A DNA stretch of 63,980 nucleotides, counting the filler, from Octopus bimaculoides (Eukaryota), in the NCBI RefSeq assembly GCF_001194135.2. It is 7 parts of 6 records of this genome, joined end to end, with 100 filler letters (N's around TTAATTAATTAA, not from the genome) between each part and the next. Parts side by side here need not be neighbours in the genome. Positions count along the whole stretch, not along the records: positions 9,312 to 40,702 come from NC_069000.1; 6 more parts are not named here. One strand, 5' to 3'. Under the pieces are notes generated by a model that was not told where the DNA came from, made no database searches, and saw only the letters and a program-made list of their open reading frames with translations. Below are positions 26,013 through 38,400 of this stretch, piece after piece; the stretch's first letter is position 1; each line of letters begins with the position of its first letter. A program made the position numbers and the translations under genes.

Positions 26013-26615
26013 TTTCATCCTTCGTGACAAATTCAAGGAGATCTTGTGCAACTGAAACCTGAGTGTCTTTTTGGTCAGTCAAAAAGCAGGTTTGGCACAA
26101 ATTTGGTAGACGGGCGTATTTCATGCCCAAATCTTCAGTGATAATGGACTGAACTGAACCATACCTAATCTGCACATCCTCTAATAACTCACGGATGGTG
26201 ATTCGACGGTTTCCCCTCTCAGATGAACGCATATCTGCGATGTTTTACACCGTTCTGCTGGTCTCCCAGAACGAACGTCACAATCGAAATTTTTCGGCCA
26301 TCTTAGAAACATCTAAACCACTCGTACACTTGCGTGCGGTTCATACACTCCTATCCTTACACTTTCTGCAACTTTGCGTAGGGCTCAGAACAGGTATCGC
26401 CATGACAACATTCTCTTTCATGCCCAATGCGACGATCACACGCCATACACTTTCTTTCCAAGCACAGTCACAAACAGCAGAAGTCAAATGGAACGTTAAA
26501 ACTTATTGCGCGTGCAAAGCAGAGCTCAACGTAAATGTGTGCCAATAGGCTTCACTCTGCGTTTTTTAGCTTCGTTACTATGGCAACAGGCCGGATACTT
26601 ATTGATCTTACCTCG
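26013..26615 (-). mobile_element. Mariner 5' half, truncated next to a SINE
   Basis: TIR (ta)cgaggtaagatcaataagtatccggcc and transposase RRITIRELLEDVQIRYGSVQSIITEDLGMK...QKDTQVSVAQDLL. Confidence 0.8.
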
Positions 26616-26752
26616 TATGTAAGTATATATAGATACATGCACACACACACACACACATACACATACACACACACACACACATACACATACACACACACAC
26701 ACATATATATAAATGTATATAAATGTGTGTGTATATATATATATGTGTGTGT

Positions 26753-27131
26753 GGAGGCGCAACGGCCCAGTGGTCAGAGCAGCGGACTCGCGGTTATAGG
26801 ATCGCGGTTTCAATTCCCAGACCCGGTGTTGTGAGTGTTTATTGGGCGAAAACACCTAAAGCTCCACGAGGCTCCGGCAGAGGGTGGTGGCGAACCCTGC
26901 TGTACTCTTTCACCACAATTTTCTCTCACTCTTACTTCCTGTTTCTGTTGTACCTGTAATTCAAAGGGCCAGCCTTGTCACCCTCTCTGTCACGCTGAAT
27001 CTCCCCGAGAACTACGTTAAGGGTACACCTGTCTGTGGAGTGCTCAGCCACTTGCACGTTAATTTCACGAGCAGGCTGTTCCGTTGATCGGATCAACTGG
27101 AACCCTCGACGTCGTAAGCGACGGAGTGCCA
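26753..27131 (+). mobile_element. tRNA-derived SINE family C, full length
   Basis: A box ggcccagtgg, B box ggtttcaattcc, hairpin-rich 3' end ...gttgatcggatcaac...gacggagtgcca. Confidence 0.85.
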
Positions 27132-27375
27132 TTAAATTATATANNNNNNNNNNNNNNNNNNNNNNNNNNNNNNNNNNNNNNNNNNNNNNNNNNNNNNNNN
27201 NNNNNNNNNNNNNNNNNNNNNNNNNNNNNNNNNNNNNNNNNNNNNNNNNNNNNNNNNNNNNNNNNNNNNNNNNNNNNNNNNNNNNNNNNNNNNNNNNNNN
27301 NNNNNNNNNNNNNNNNNNNNNNNNNNNNNNNNNNNNNNNNNNNNNNNNNNNNNNNNNNNNNNNNNNNNNNNNNNN

Positions 27376-27433
<58 letters not shown>

Positions 27434-28339
27434 TGCATGGGGGTGTCTGTGTTCATACAAACAAAGGAAGCATTTTACCCGAGCTGATGAGAGATCACAA
27501 CAGTTGCAATCATTCGCCAGGTGAAACTCAACTATAATGTCAGGATTTCATAGCATAAACATTTATCTCCGCACTTTTCCCTTATTGAAATCTGTCAGTG
27601 AAAGTTTGCTGCACTCGTAACATACACTTGAATGTGGTTTACAGTTCGTAGGTACCGATTCAAGCGCACGCACGCACGCACCCACCTAGGTGAGCCGTGA
27701 TAGGTGAACCGCAATGTGACGAAGGTGTATGTGCATGTATGTAGATATATACATTTCAGAAACAGTCTCATATGTGTGAGAAGCACGGGTGTGATATTTC
27801 AGGCCGGCGATTGACCTAGACGCTTTGGTGCAGATGTTAATTGTTGAACATACAAACAGATTCGCTGTTTGTTTCTCTGCAATTGGTCAAACTGTTGCAG
27901 ATGCCCCTGATGAGAATCCAATATGTTTCGAAAATCGATTTAGGTTGTTTATCATCTTTTCACTCTGCAGAGAAAGGGCTAAATTAGCTCTGTTTATATA
28001 TATCTACTATACTGTATAAGTTGTATACATGATGCTCCCTTCTCCACAGCAGTTGGGGCCACTTGTTGCTCATCGTGCCCTTTCATGTGATGTTTCAAAC
28101 CCCTAGCGAAGTGATTCCCCAATCTGGGGTCTGCAAACTCCTGGTGGTCCCCGAAGGTAGTACTGGGGGAACTGTGGACGGTCAGACAGACAAACAGACA
28201 GACAGGTAGAGAGGTAGATAGACAGACAGGCAGACAGGCAACCAGACAGACACAGGCACACAAGCAGAGAGCCGGACGGACGGACGGACGGACGGTCAGA
28301 TAGCCAGATAGATAGATAGACAGACAGATAGATAAATAG

Positions 28340-28404
<65 letters not shown>

Positions 28405-29008
28405 ATAGCTGTTAGAGCGACCAGTAGGCATCTAGAAAGACCTATAAATATCGAACTAAAGCCAGAGAAACAAAGAGAGAGAGAGAGAGAGAGAGGGGGA
28501 AAGAGAGAGAAAGAGAGAGAAAGAAATTAATGGCAGAGAACTACAAGAAAACCAGCCCGGGACAGTAAATGAGAGTGTGAGAGAGGAAGAGATAGGGCAC
28601 AACCGTGGCACGAAGAAAAAGTGATGAATCAATGCGTTTAGGCCAAGGGGGTGGGGGTTGGTTACTTTGAACTTGATTGAGGCGGGAGAAACGTCCTAAC
28701 AGAATCTGCTCGTTGTTTGGTTTAATCAATGCCTTACTGGCACCATGCCAGGAGTTGTTGCTTATCAACTGGTATTCCATTTGGAATGTGGCCAATACTT
28801 AAGAATCATGACGTTGATTCCTGCCACACATATGCACGCATAGATACATACATATGGAAACACATATATTCATACATATACCTATACAAAGGCACACATA
28901 CATACATACATACATACATACATACATACATACACACATAAACACATACTCATATATACACACATAGAAGCATGAACACACATATACGTGTGTGTATGTG
29001 TTTGTATA

Positions 29009-29042
<34 letters not shown>

Positions 29043-29420
29043 GTTGTGTGTGTGTGTGTATGTGAGTATGTCGGTAAGTTGAAACATACATATTTATATA
29101 TAATGTGTGTGTATGCATAAATATATATATATATACGCATCTGTGTATACGTTTATGTGAATGTATGGATGTATATACACGCATATGTATATACGTACAC
29201 ACACATTAGCGTATAAACACATATATATGTATGGGTGTGAGTGTGAGTGTGTTAATGTGTGTTTTTTAGTGTGTGCGTGGCTGTGGATGTGCATAGTCCA
29301 TACACACATACATATATGTGTGTAGTGTGTGTATATGTGTGTGTATAACACACATATATATATATATATATATAATATCCTCACACACACATATAAGTAT
29401 AGACAGGGAGAAGTAATTAG

Positions 29421-29504
<84 letters not shown>

Positions 29505-30027
29505 GTATTTACATATATATATATATATATGTGTGTGTGTATGTATCTATGTTTATGTATGTATAAATGTGTGTGAGAGCATATGTGTTTGTTGTTGTAT
29601 TTCTAAAGTTTCTCTTCCCGTGAGGACATTGTAAGTGTCTGCTTTGCGCATTTACATATGCAATATACATATCGTTATAATGCTATTAGAGAGATCAGCA
29701 ATCTACACATAGTGTCACGGGTGCTTTCAAACCTCCTCCTAGCATACTAATGTAAACAGACTTTCTCACTCAGACAAGTAACATATGAGAGTCTATTTCT
29801 TCCTTAACACCTTAATGATAAATATGAATATGCATGTATGTATATGTGCATAAATTAAACATACTTACACAGACATATGCCTGTATATATATAAATATAT
29901 ATATATATACATATATATAAATATATATATACATGTATATATAATATTATATACATATATTATATATATATATGCACACATATATATATATATATACATA
30001 CATATATATGAAAACACACACACACAC

Positions 30028-30095
<68 letters not shown>

Positions 30096-30242
30096 ATGTA
30101 TATACATACGCACATATGCTTATATATACATATACTTACACACGAGTGCGTACACATATATATTTTATACAAGCAAATAAGTTTCGTAGACAGATGTACT
30201 TGTCTGTATGTATGTATGTTTGTACATATGTATGTATGTATG

Positions 30243-30303
<61 letters not shown>

Positions 30304-30344
30304 ATATCGAATGATAAAAATAATATATGTAATATATGTATATG

Positions 30345-30378
<34 letters not shown>

Positions 30379-30456
30379 ATATATATAATATATAATATAT
30401 ATACATATACGTATATATTCAAAGAGGGATACATTGACAGACAGACAGACAGACAC

Positions 30457-30514
<58 letters not shown>

Positions 30515-30791
30515 GGATAATGAATATTATATCAAAACTTGACAGTCTGCTCAGTGTTTCGCCCTTAGCTAAGATGACCACGAATTTGGGAGCAGGATGA
30601 ATTTTTGGCATTTTACATAAGTGTTGACCTTCGAAAGGTTGGAAGATGTGTTAGTATGTTTGATGCAGTTCTTTTTCTAAATAATCATCATATATTATTC
30701 ATTGCACCCAAGGCATTGAGATCTAAATCAGATAAGGTTTCATGACATACGCCATATTAATGCGTACGTTAAAAATATTATGTATACTGTT

Positions 30792-30842
<51 letters not shown>

Positions 30843-31248
30843 AACAAACAAACTCATGCCTATATATAAAAAGATTGATACATATATATAAATAAATGGG
30901 AAGTTATACAGATACATATATAGATTTAAAAAATGAAATATAATATGAAAATATGATATATTTTCACGTGTATGAAGGTATGTATTTTTGCATACCTATA
31001 GGTGTATATCTATCTCTCTCTCNNNNNNNNNNNNNNNNNNNNNNNNNNNNNNNNNNNNNNNNNNNNNNNNNNNNNNNNNNNNNNNNNNNNNNNNNNNNNN
31101 NNNNNNNNNNNNNNNNNNNNNNNNNNNNNNNNNNNNNNNNNNNNNNNNNNNNNNNNNNNNNNNNNNNNNNNNNNNNNNNNNNNNNNNNNNNNNNNNNNNN
31201 NNNNNNNNNNNNNNNNNNNNNTATACATATATGTACATATTTATATCT

Positions 31249-31446
31249 CAGTTCTATATTTAAGAGATGAGGAATTATTTACATTATTTACATTATTTAC
31301 ATTTGACGGATATTTCTCCTCATCTTGTATGTTGTTAACACAACGTTTCGGCTGATATACCCTCCAGCCTTCGTCAGGTGTCTTGGGGAAATTTCGAACA
31401 AGATGAGGAGAAATATCCGTCAAATGTAAATAATGTAAATAATGTA
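31249..31446 (-). mobile_element. Hammerhead-bearing fold-back element, copy b
   Basis: Perfect 49-bp inverted arms 31280-31328 and 31398-31446 enclose the hammerhead. Confidence 0.8.
31337..31382 (-). ncRNA. Minimal type-I hammerhead motif (family 1, copy b)
   Basis: GACAC CUGACGA a GGCUG-loop-CAGCC GAAA CGUU GUGUU. Confidence 0.75.
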
Positions 31447-32070
31447 TATTTATATCTATACGTATATATATGTATATGTGGGCACAGGACGTCATGAAAC
31501 ATGTACAAACAAAAATACGAAGTACGAGTACATGGAATACGAACTATTTTTCCGAACAATGAAAAAAACAAATGGAAAACAAGACAAACAACATAAAGAA
31601 CGACCCTTCGTCAGTTGCTGGTTGTTTTTCTACTTTCGTATTTCGACCATTTAACAACAATATACGCTTTCAATACAATAGTTGCTCCCGTAAAGCAAAT
31701 TAAATTAAATTTGGAATTTTTCGGAGAGTCGAAATTGGTAACACAAACAGAACAGTGAAAACAAACACCTAAAGGCGAACACGTAAATCAAGCTTGGATG
31801 GGAGACAGGCAAGAACACGTCTTCCTTGTTCCAGCTACAACGGAGAGAAAGAAAAGGACACAAGTTAGGAGAAGAAAGAAATATATATATANNNNNNNNN
31901 NNNNNNNNNNNNNNNNNNNNNNNNNNNNNNNNNNNNNNNNNNNNNNNNCTAGCCATGGAGGAATGTAGTGGCGGACAAAAAACAAGACAGGAAAACAAAC
32001 AGAAGGCTTTACGGCCAGACGAGAAAAATTATGTGTGTATGAACGCGATGAGGCACGGAACCGAGAGTAT

Positions 32071-32103
<33 letters not shown>

Positions 32104-32608
32104 CATGCATATATGTATACATATGTGTGTGTGTGTGTATTTTCATATGTCCAGGAGGAGGACGTTGTGGAGGACGAGGTGCAGGACAAGAAAGGGCACG
32201 AGGAGAAGAAGGATGGAGAGAAGGAGGACGAGGAGGAAGTAGAGGATGATGACGACGATGATATCATTCGATTATCATCATGCCCTACCAAGCTTGTGCC
32301 ACTCCGTGACCCACACTTGCACTTCCCACGAAGCATCCATAGATAAATAGCCAGGACAAGCAACAACGAGATGACAGGAAAACTAGTCCAACCGGAGGAC
32401 TTTCTTTTTGATGACTATTTCCATAGGAACAAACGGTTGAACACCATGACTTCTGATCATGGAATGCTTGAAGTCCTTCAATTAACAGCGTGTAAATGAA
32501 AAGAAACACGCCATAAACAATAATTCTTCAAGGCTTCAGAAATTAACATTTATTCCACCGTAAGAAAAGCAGGAAAATATATACAAGTCTAAGCACGTGT
32601 GTATATGT

Positions 32609-32681
<73 letters not shown>

Positions 32682-33260
32682 NNNNNNNNNNNNNNNNNNN
32701 NNNNNNNNNNNNNNNNNNNNNNNNNNNNNNNNNNNNNNNNNNNNNNNNNNNNNNNNNNNNNNNNNNNNNNNNNNNNNNNNNNNNNNNNNNNNNNNNNNNN
32801 NNNNNNNNNNNNNNNNNNNNNNNNNNNNNNNNNNNNNNNNNNNNNNNNNNNNNNNNNNNNNNNNNNNNNNNNNNNNNNNNNNNNNNNNNNNNNNNNNNNN
32901 NNNNNNNNNNNNNNNNNNNNNNNNNNNNNNNNNNNNNNNNNNNNNNNNNNNNNNNNNNNNNNNNNNNNNNNNNNNNNNNNNNNNNNNNNNNNNNNNNNNN
33001 NNNNNNNNNNNNNNNNNNNNNNNNNNNNNNNNNNNNNNNNNNNNNNNNNNNNNNNNNNNNNNNNNNNNNNNNNNNNNNNNNNNNNNNNNNNNNNNNNNNN
33101 NNNNNNNNNNNNNNNNNNNNNNNNNNNNNNNNNNNNNNNNNNNNNNNNNNNNTATATGAGGTAAATGTTTTCAAAAACCTTTGAGCAATGCAAGTGAGGA
33201 GTTCAGCAATTCTGTTTAACTCCTCACCGCAATTCTGATGATGACGAAGACGACGATGAC

Positions 33261-33312
<52 letters not shown>

Positions 33313-33661
33313 TTAATGATGATGATGATAATGGTGGTGTTCTGCTTTCATTCCTACGAAATTAGATAATATATCCTGTCTGATTAAATCAAGTATCTTC
33401 ACTCAAACGTTTTTTTTTTCCCAAACAAACACACACACACAAAAAAAAATCTCATTAACATTTCAGTGTCTGGTCGACGACTAAATATGTTTGCATCTCA
33501 TTATATCTGATACACATCATTGACTAATTACAAGATATACAACATCGTTAACTGTAAACCATCGCAGTCAGGGCCACTTTGTTAAAATACTTCTTTCGAA
33601 ACTGCCTGGTCTCGTGTTCGGTCCTTCTGTACACCACCCGTCAAGTGCCATCTATCATTTC

Positions 33662-33915
33662 TACATTATTTACATTATTTACATTCGACGGATATTTGTC
33701 CTCATCTTTGTTTACACAACGTTTCGGCTGATATACTCTCCATACCTTAGGAATGAGAACCCAGGTTTGAAATTTCCCAAGGACACCTGAAGAAGGCTGG
33801 AGAGTACATAAGCCGAAACGTTGTGTTAACAACAAACAAGATGCGGACAAATATCCATTAAATGTAAATAATGTAAATAATGTACATAATTCCTCATCTC
33901 TTAAATATAGAACTG
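33662..33915 (+). mobile_element. Hammerhead-bearing fold-back element, copy c
   Basis: About 80-bp imperfect inverted arms 33662-33742 and 33798-33884. Same 3' terminus cctcatctcttaaatatagaactg as copy b. Confidence 0.8.
33782..33827 (+). ncRNA. Minimal type-I hammerhead motif (family 1, copy c)
   Basis: GACAC CUGAAGA a GGCU-loop-AGCC GAAA CGUU GUGUU. Confidence 0.72.
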
Positions 33916-33924
33916 CATCTATTA

Positions 33925-34137
33925 TTTCTGTTTTTTACTTTCATTCTTTTTTACTCTAGGCACAAGGCCTGAATTTTTGTGGGGAGGGGGCCAGTGGATT
34001 AGATCGACGCAACTGGTACTTAATTTATCGACCCGAATGGATGAAAGGCAAAGTCTACCTAGACGGAATTTGAACTCAGAACGCAAAGATAGACGAAATA
34101 CCACTGTTTCGCCCGGCGTTCTAACGATTCTACCAGT
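33925..34137 (-). mobile_element. SINE family B
   Basis: Reverse complement of the family B head and body. Confidence 0.75.
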
Positions 34138-34153
34138 CTCTAGTCTCTAGTCT

Positions 34154-34245
<92 letters not shown>

Positions 34246-34842
34246 TGTTTAGCTGTTCTCAGAGTCAGGGCGTCTATGCGCTTTGATAATAACCAGGAAT
34301 GGTTGTGTGTGGTTAAGAAACTCGGGGAGGACCAACCTAAAAAAAACATTTGATAAGCCCGCATTGTAGTTGGAAACCGAACCGCTAAATTGCTACCTAT
34401 GTCTACAGAAAAAGAGCGTAAGATGGAGGGGGATTAATAGAAGGGGGATTAAATAAAAGATCAGGCCTCGTCTGTGCATAAATTGGCTGGTGATAACGGA
34501 TTAGATTGTGATTATCAAGTTTATTCGATTCGCCTGTTCTAAGTATTATTATTATTATTGTTATACCTGATGTTAAGGTTGTTGTTGTTGTTGTTAGTTG
34601 CGTGGATGATATTGTTATAGTTGTTCTTGTTCATGGCGGAAGTATCAATGCTGTTGCTGCTGCTGCTGTATTAATGGCGGCGCTTGTTGCTTTCCTAACA
34701 GTTGTTGTTGTTCTTGCTATTGATTTTGGCAACTAAATTGTTCTCCTATTAAGCTGGAGATTGCTTCTTCCTCAGAATATACATACTTAATCTTACGTTA
34801 TTGTCACACACGCCCATAGACACGCACACACCAGTACATACA

Positions 34843-34893
<51 letters not shown>

Positions 34894-35383
34894 CTTTATA
34901 TATATACATATATATATATATATGTGTGTGTGTATATATATATACATATTTATATGTATATATGTATAGATATATATATGTGTATATATATATANNNNNN
35001 NNNNNNNNNNNNNNNNNNNNNNNNNNNNNNNNNNNNNNNNNNNNNNNNNNNNNNNNNNNNNNNNNNNNNNNNNNNNNNNNNNNNNNNNNNNNNNNNNNNN
35101 NNNNNNNNNNNNNNNNNNNNNNNNNNNNNNNNNNNNNNNNNNNNNNNNNNNNNNNNNNNNNNNNNNNNNNNNNNNNNNNNNNNNNNNNNNNNNNNNNNNN
35201 NNNNNNNNNNNNNNNNNNNNNNNNNNNNNNNNNNNNNNNNNNNNNNNNNNNNNNNNNNNNNNNNNNNNNNNNNNNNNNNNNNNNNNNNNNNNNNNNNNNN
35301 NNNNNNNNNNNNNNNNNNNNNNNNNNNNNNNNNNNNNNNNNNNNNNNNNNNNNNNNNNNNNNNNNNNNTATATATATATATAA

Positions 35384-35438
<55 letters not shown>

Positions 35439-36339
35439 TACATTGCGCGAGAGGATGATGCGATGGCCATAACTAGATTGTCTTTGATCATTGGTCTGCA
35501 AGGTGATCCGGGACAAAACAACAACAATACGACCAACAGCTATAGATGCAGCCAAATTGTTAAGAAGTTGATTTAACAATCACAGTTTCGGTTCTGTCTC
35601 ATTCTGTCTCATTCTGTCTCATTCTGGAGAAGTGTCTTCTATACTTCTGCCATAACCTCGGACTGATAAAAATTTTGTGGTAAAAACTGGGTCGAATTTA
35701 ATTGTGATGGAAACCATCTGATATAGTGTACCAGTGATTCAAACGTACCTTGCATTGTCATATACAGGGTTACCCTAACTCTCTAAGATTACATTAACCT
35801 TTCGAATGTCTGTAGAATGCTTTGTTTAGTATAGGAGCACATCTTTCGAAAAATTACATTAGCATGTATTAAAAAATTTTTTCGTCCCTCGTGCTAGAAT
35901 GAAATGCGGAATATCTGACATCGGTACTGAGGATCAATGTTCAGAGAGCTGGTTGTCATAAGCTAACAGCTGTTTCATTGTCCACAGAAGGAAAAAAAAT
36001 CTATTATCTTCAGTTTGAAGCAACCATGGTATTCTGCAAAAAATTCAGTTAAATTCTCAGGATATACACAAAATGAAGGAAATTATAAATTAATGTTAGA
36101 GTTAGTTCTCTATAAAAATTCTAAAGTCGAAATTACTCGAAAATTTTTGTGGAAATGTTATAAATTACATAATAGGTTTCGGAAGGAAAAAACAAAGTTA
36201 TGAATTTACATCTATAAAGCAAGATGCGTAAACACTAACTATGCTGCAAAGTAGCACTTATTCAGTAACCTAAGCTTAAACGAACCTGGTTTTGCTAGAA
36301 GCCTGCATGGACCCTAATTAAATTGCTTTAAATAATACT

Positions 36340-36658
36340 CAATTTATCGACCCCGAAAGGATGAAAGGCAATGTTGACCTTGGCTGAATTTGAACTCAGG
36401 ACGTAGCAGCAGATGAAATACCGCTTAACATTTCGCTAACGATTTATTTGTATTCTAGGCACAAGGCCCGAAATTTTGGGGGAAGGGGCCAGTCGATTAG
36501 ATCGAATCAGTGCGTAACTGGTACTTAATTTATCGGTCTCGAAAGGATGAAAGACAAAGTCGCCCTCGGCGAAATTTGAACTCAGAACGTAAAGACAGAC
36601 GAAATACCGCTAAGCATTTCGCCCGGCGTGTTAACGTTTCTGCCAGCTCACCGCCTTC
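36340..36658 (-). mobile_element. SINE family B, two nested or adjacent copies
   Basis: rc ggcggtgagctggcagaaacgttaacacgccgggcgaaatgc...gagttcaaatttcgccgagg. Confidence 0.8.
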
Positions 36659-36659
36659 A

Positions 36660-36726
<67 letters not shown>

Positions 36727-37289
36727 GTAGTAGTAGTAGTTGTTGTAGTAGTAGTAGCCCGATGTTAGCAATTTTTCTTTTCCAACTGTCGATTCTGTTG
36801 TATATACATGTATAATATATATGTGTATCTTTTTTTATTTCCTTAATATGTTTCAGCCCAAAGGCTGTGGCCTTGCCGGAGCACTGCCAGTGTAATCGCC
36901 TTTCCAGTAGTCATTCTTATACGATTGGCTTTCATATGTGTGTGTGTGAGTGTATGTATGTGTGTTACAGAGAAACTGAGAGAGAGAGGGGCAAACAGAC
37001 TGAGAGTGGGAGACAGAGAAAGAGAGTGAGAGACAGAGAAAGAGATGCAAGTGAGCCAGAAAGAGATTAAAAGTGTGTGTGTGCATATCTCTGAATGACA
37101 ACATTAATGCTCTGTCCCCACTCCATATTTGTTGCTTACACAACTCTGTCCTCCCCTTCCCTGATCACCACGCAAACCTCAATGGCCCTCTTGCACTTTT
37201 GTAGGCAAGCTAGATATATATTGTCAGGACATGCAGTAAGACTCAACTATAACATTCTGTTGTCAGTCACTGTGTGTCTGACATATATA

Positions 37290-38400
37290 TAGCAAATGAA
37301 AGACGGAAGATAGAATATACAAGAATTTATTAATCACGACAATTGTTTCTACACATCTAGCATTGATCCCACTTTGGTGCAGATGTATCTTATTGGGTGA
37401 TAAATAGATACAACTCATTAAAATAACAGTTCCACAATGTAACTTCTCATTTTATAGAAAGAAAAGCAGCCAGACAGATGAAATATCTTCATTTATATAG
37501 AAGATCAGAAATAAAATCACATGGAAAAAAAGAAATGAACATGCAATACAGCGAGTAAAATATTAAAAATAGCCATTAACAAATATGGATGTATAAACAC
37601 CCCCATGCAAGCTGCATGACACAAGTACACTCACTCATACAAGCATCCACGAAAATGTGAGCATACGCACACGTGAGGTTTGGTGCATACATGATCACAA
37701 AGCGAGTTAACTATCTGTGTTTGTAAGAATGGGGAGGTTAAAAGTAAGCTTAAGTCATCCATACCTTAAAGTAAATTAAATTGAGTTAACGGTTACTCGA
37801 AATTCATTCCCAATGCATTGTACAAAAGTACATTTATAGGCATGTAGGCATCTTGAGAGTCGTTCAGAAATTCTATTAATGATCTTCTCATTAGTCTACT
37901 AAATAGACAGGGATTCCTTGGAGCAGAGACACATCTCCTGGAAACTATATTGTATGGTTTTGTGTGCCTTACTATGGACCAAGTTATGCTGTACTTCGTT
38001 TTATCCTCCTTCAGTCACCATACAAAATCTGCCAAAGATGTTGAATGTCTCTTATTGATTGTCTTAAAGCTGGTGACATGGTTATGATAACGATTCTTAA
38101 ATGAATCAGCTATCAGCCCCATGTAAACATACGCCCCCCCCCCCTTGTGTGCACGGTACATTTATATACAAGATTTGTACTCATACAGAGATTCATCAAA
38201 GAACATTTTGATTTTTCTCTGCATGAGTATTTATTGTATTTATTTGGATATAAAGCAGTCCCAACTCCATTTACTGATGTTATTACCATGTTAGCTGTAC
38301 TATAAATATTTCTACTACTACGATTTGAACTCTAGATGTTGCTGTCTTATGAAGTTTTCCTATCTTGTCATTGAAAGCTCGAAATAGGGAGTAATAAATT
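37290..38400 (-). mobile_element. Penelope-like element 3' part (GIY-YIG endonuclease plus pLTR region)
   Basis: YSCREKSKCSLMNLCMSTNLVYKCTV...YVYMGLIADSFKNRYHNHVTSF...STSLADFVW...INRISE..SRCLH.YK, with a decayed hammerhead downstream on the same strand. Confidence 0.85.
37333..37401 (-). pseudogene. Decayed hammerhead in the Penelope pLTR position
   Basis: AUCAC [CCAAUAA] gAUACAUCU-loop-AGAUGUGUa GAAA CAAUUG UC GUGAU. Stems I-III are intact and the core differs from CUGAUGA by three transitions. Confidence 0.65.

Noticed and set aside
26753-26825. tRNA genes at SINE heads
   Set aside because: A/B boxes run into long repeated SINE bodies and no complete cloverleaf is evident.
32035-32346. 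Acidic ORF (EEDVVEDEVQDKK...) after an acceptor-like site
   Set aside because: It is a degenerate GAG/GAC/GAT low-complexity tract with no donor or domain.
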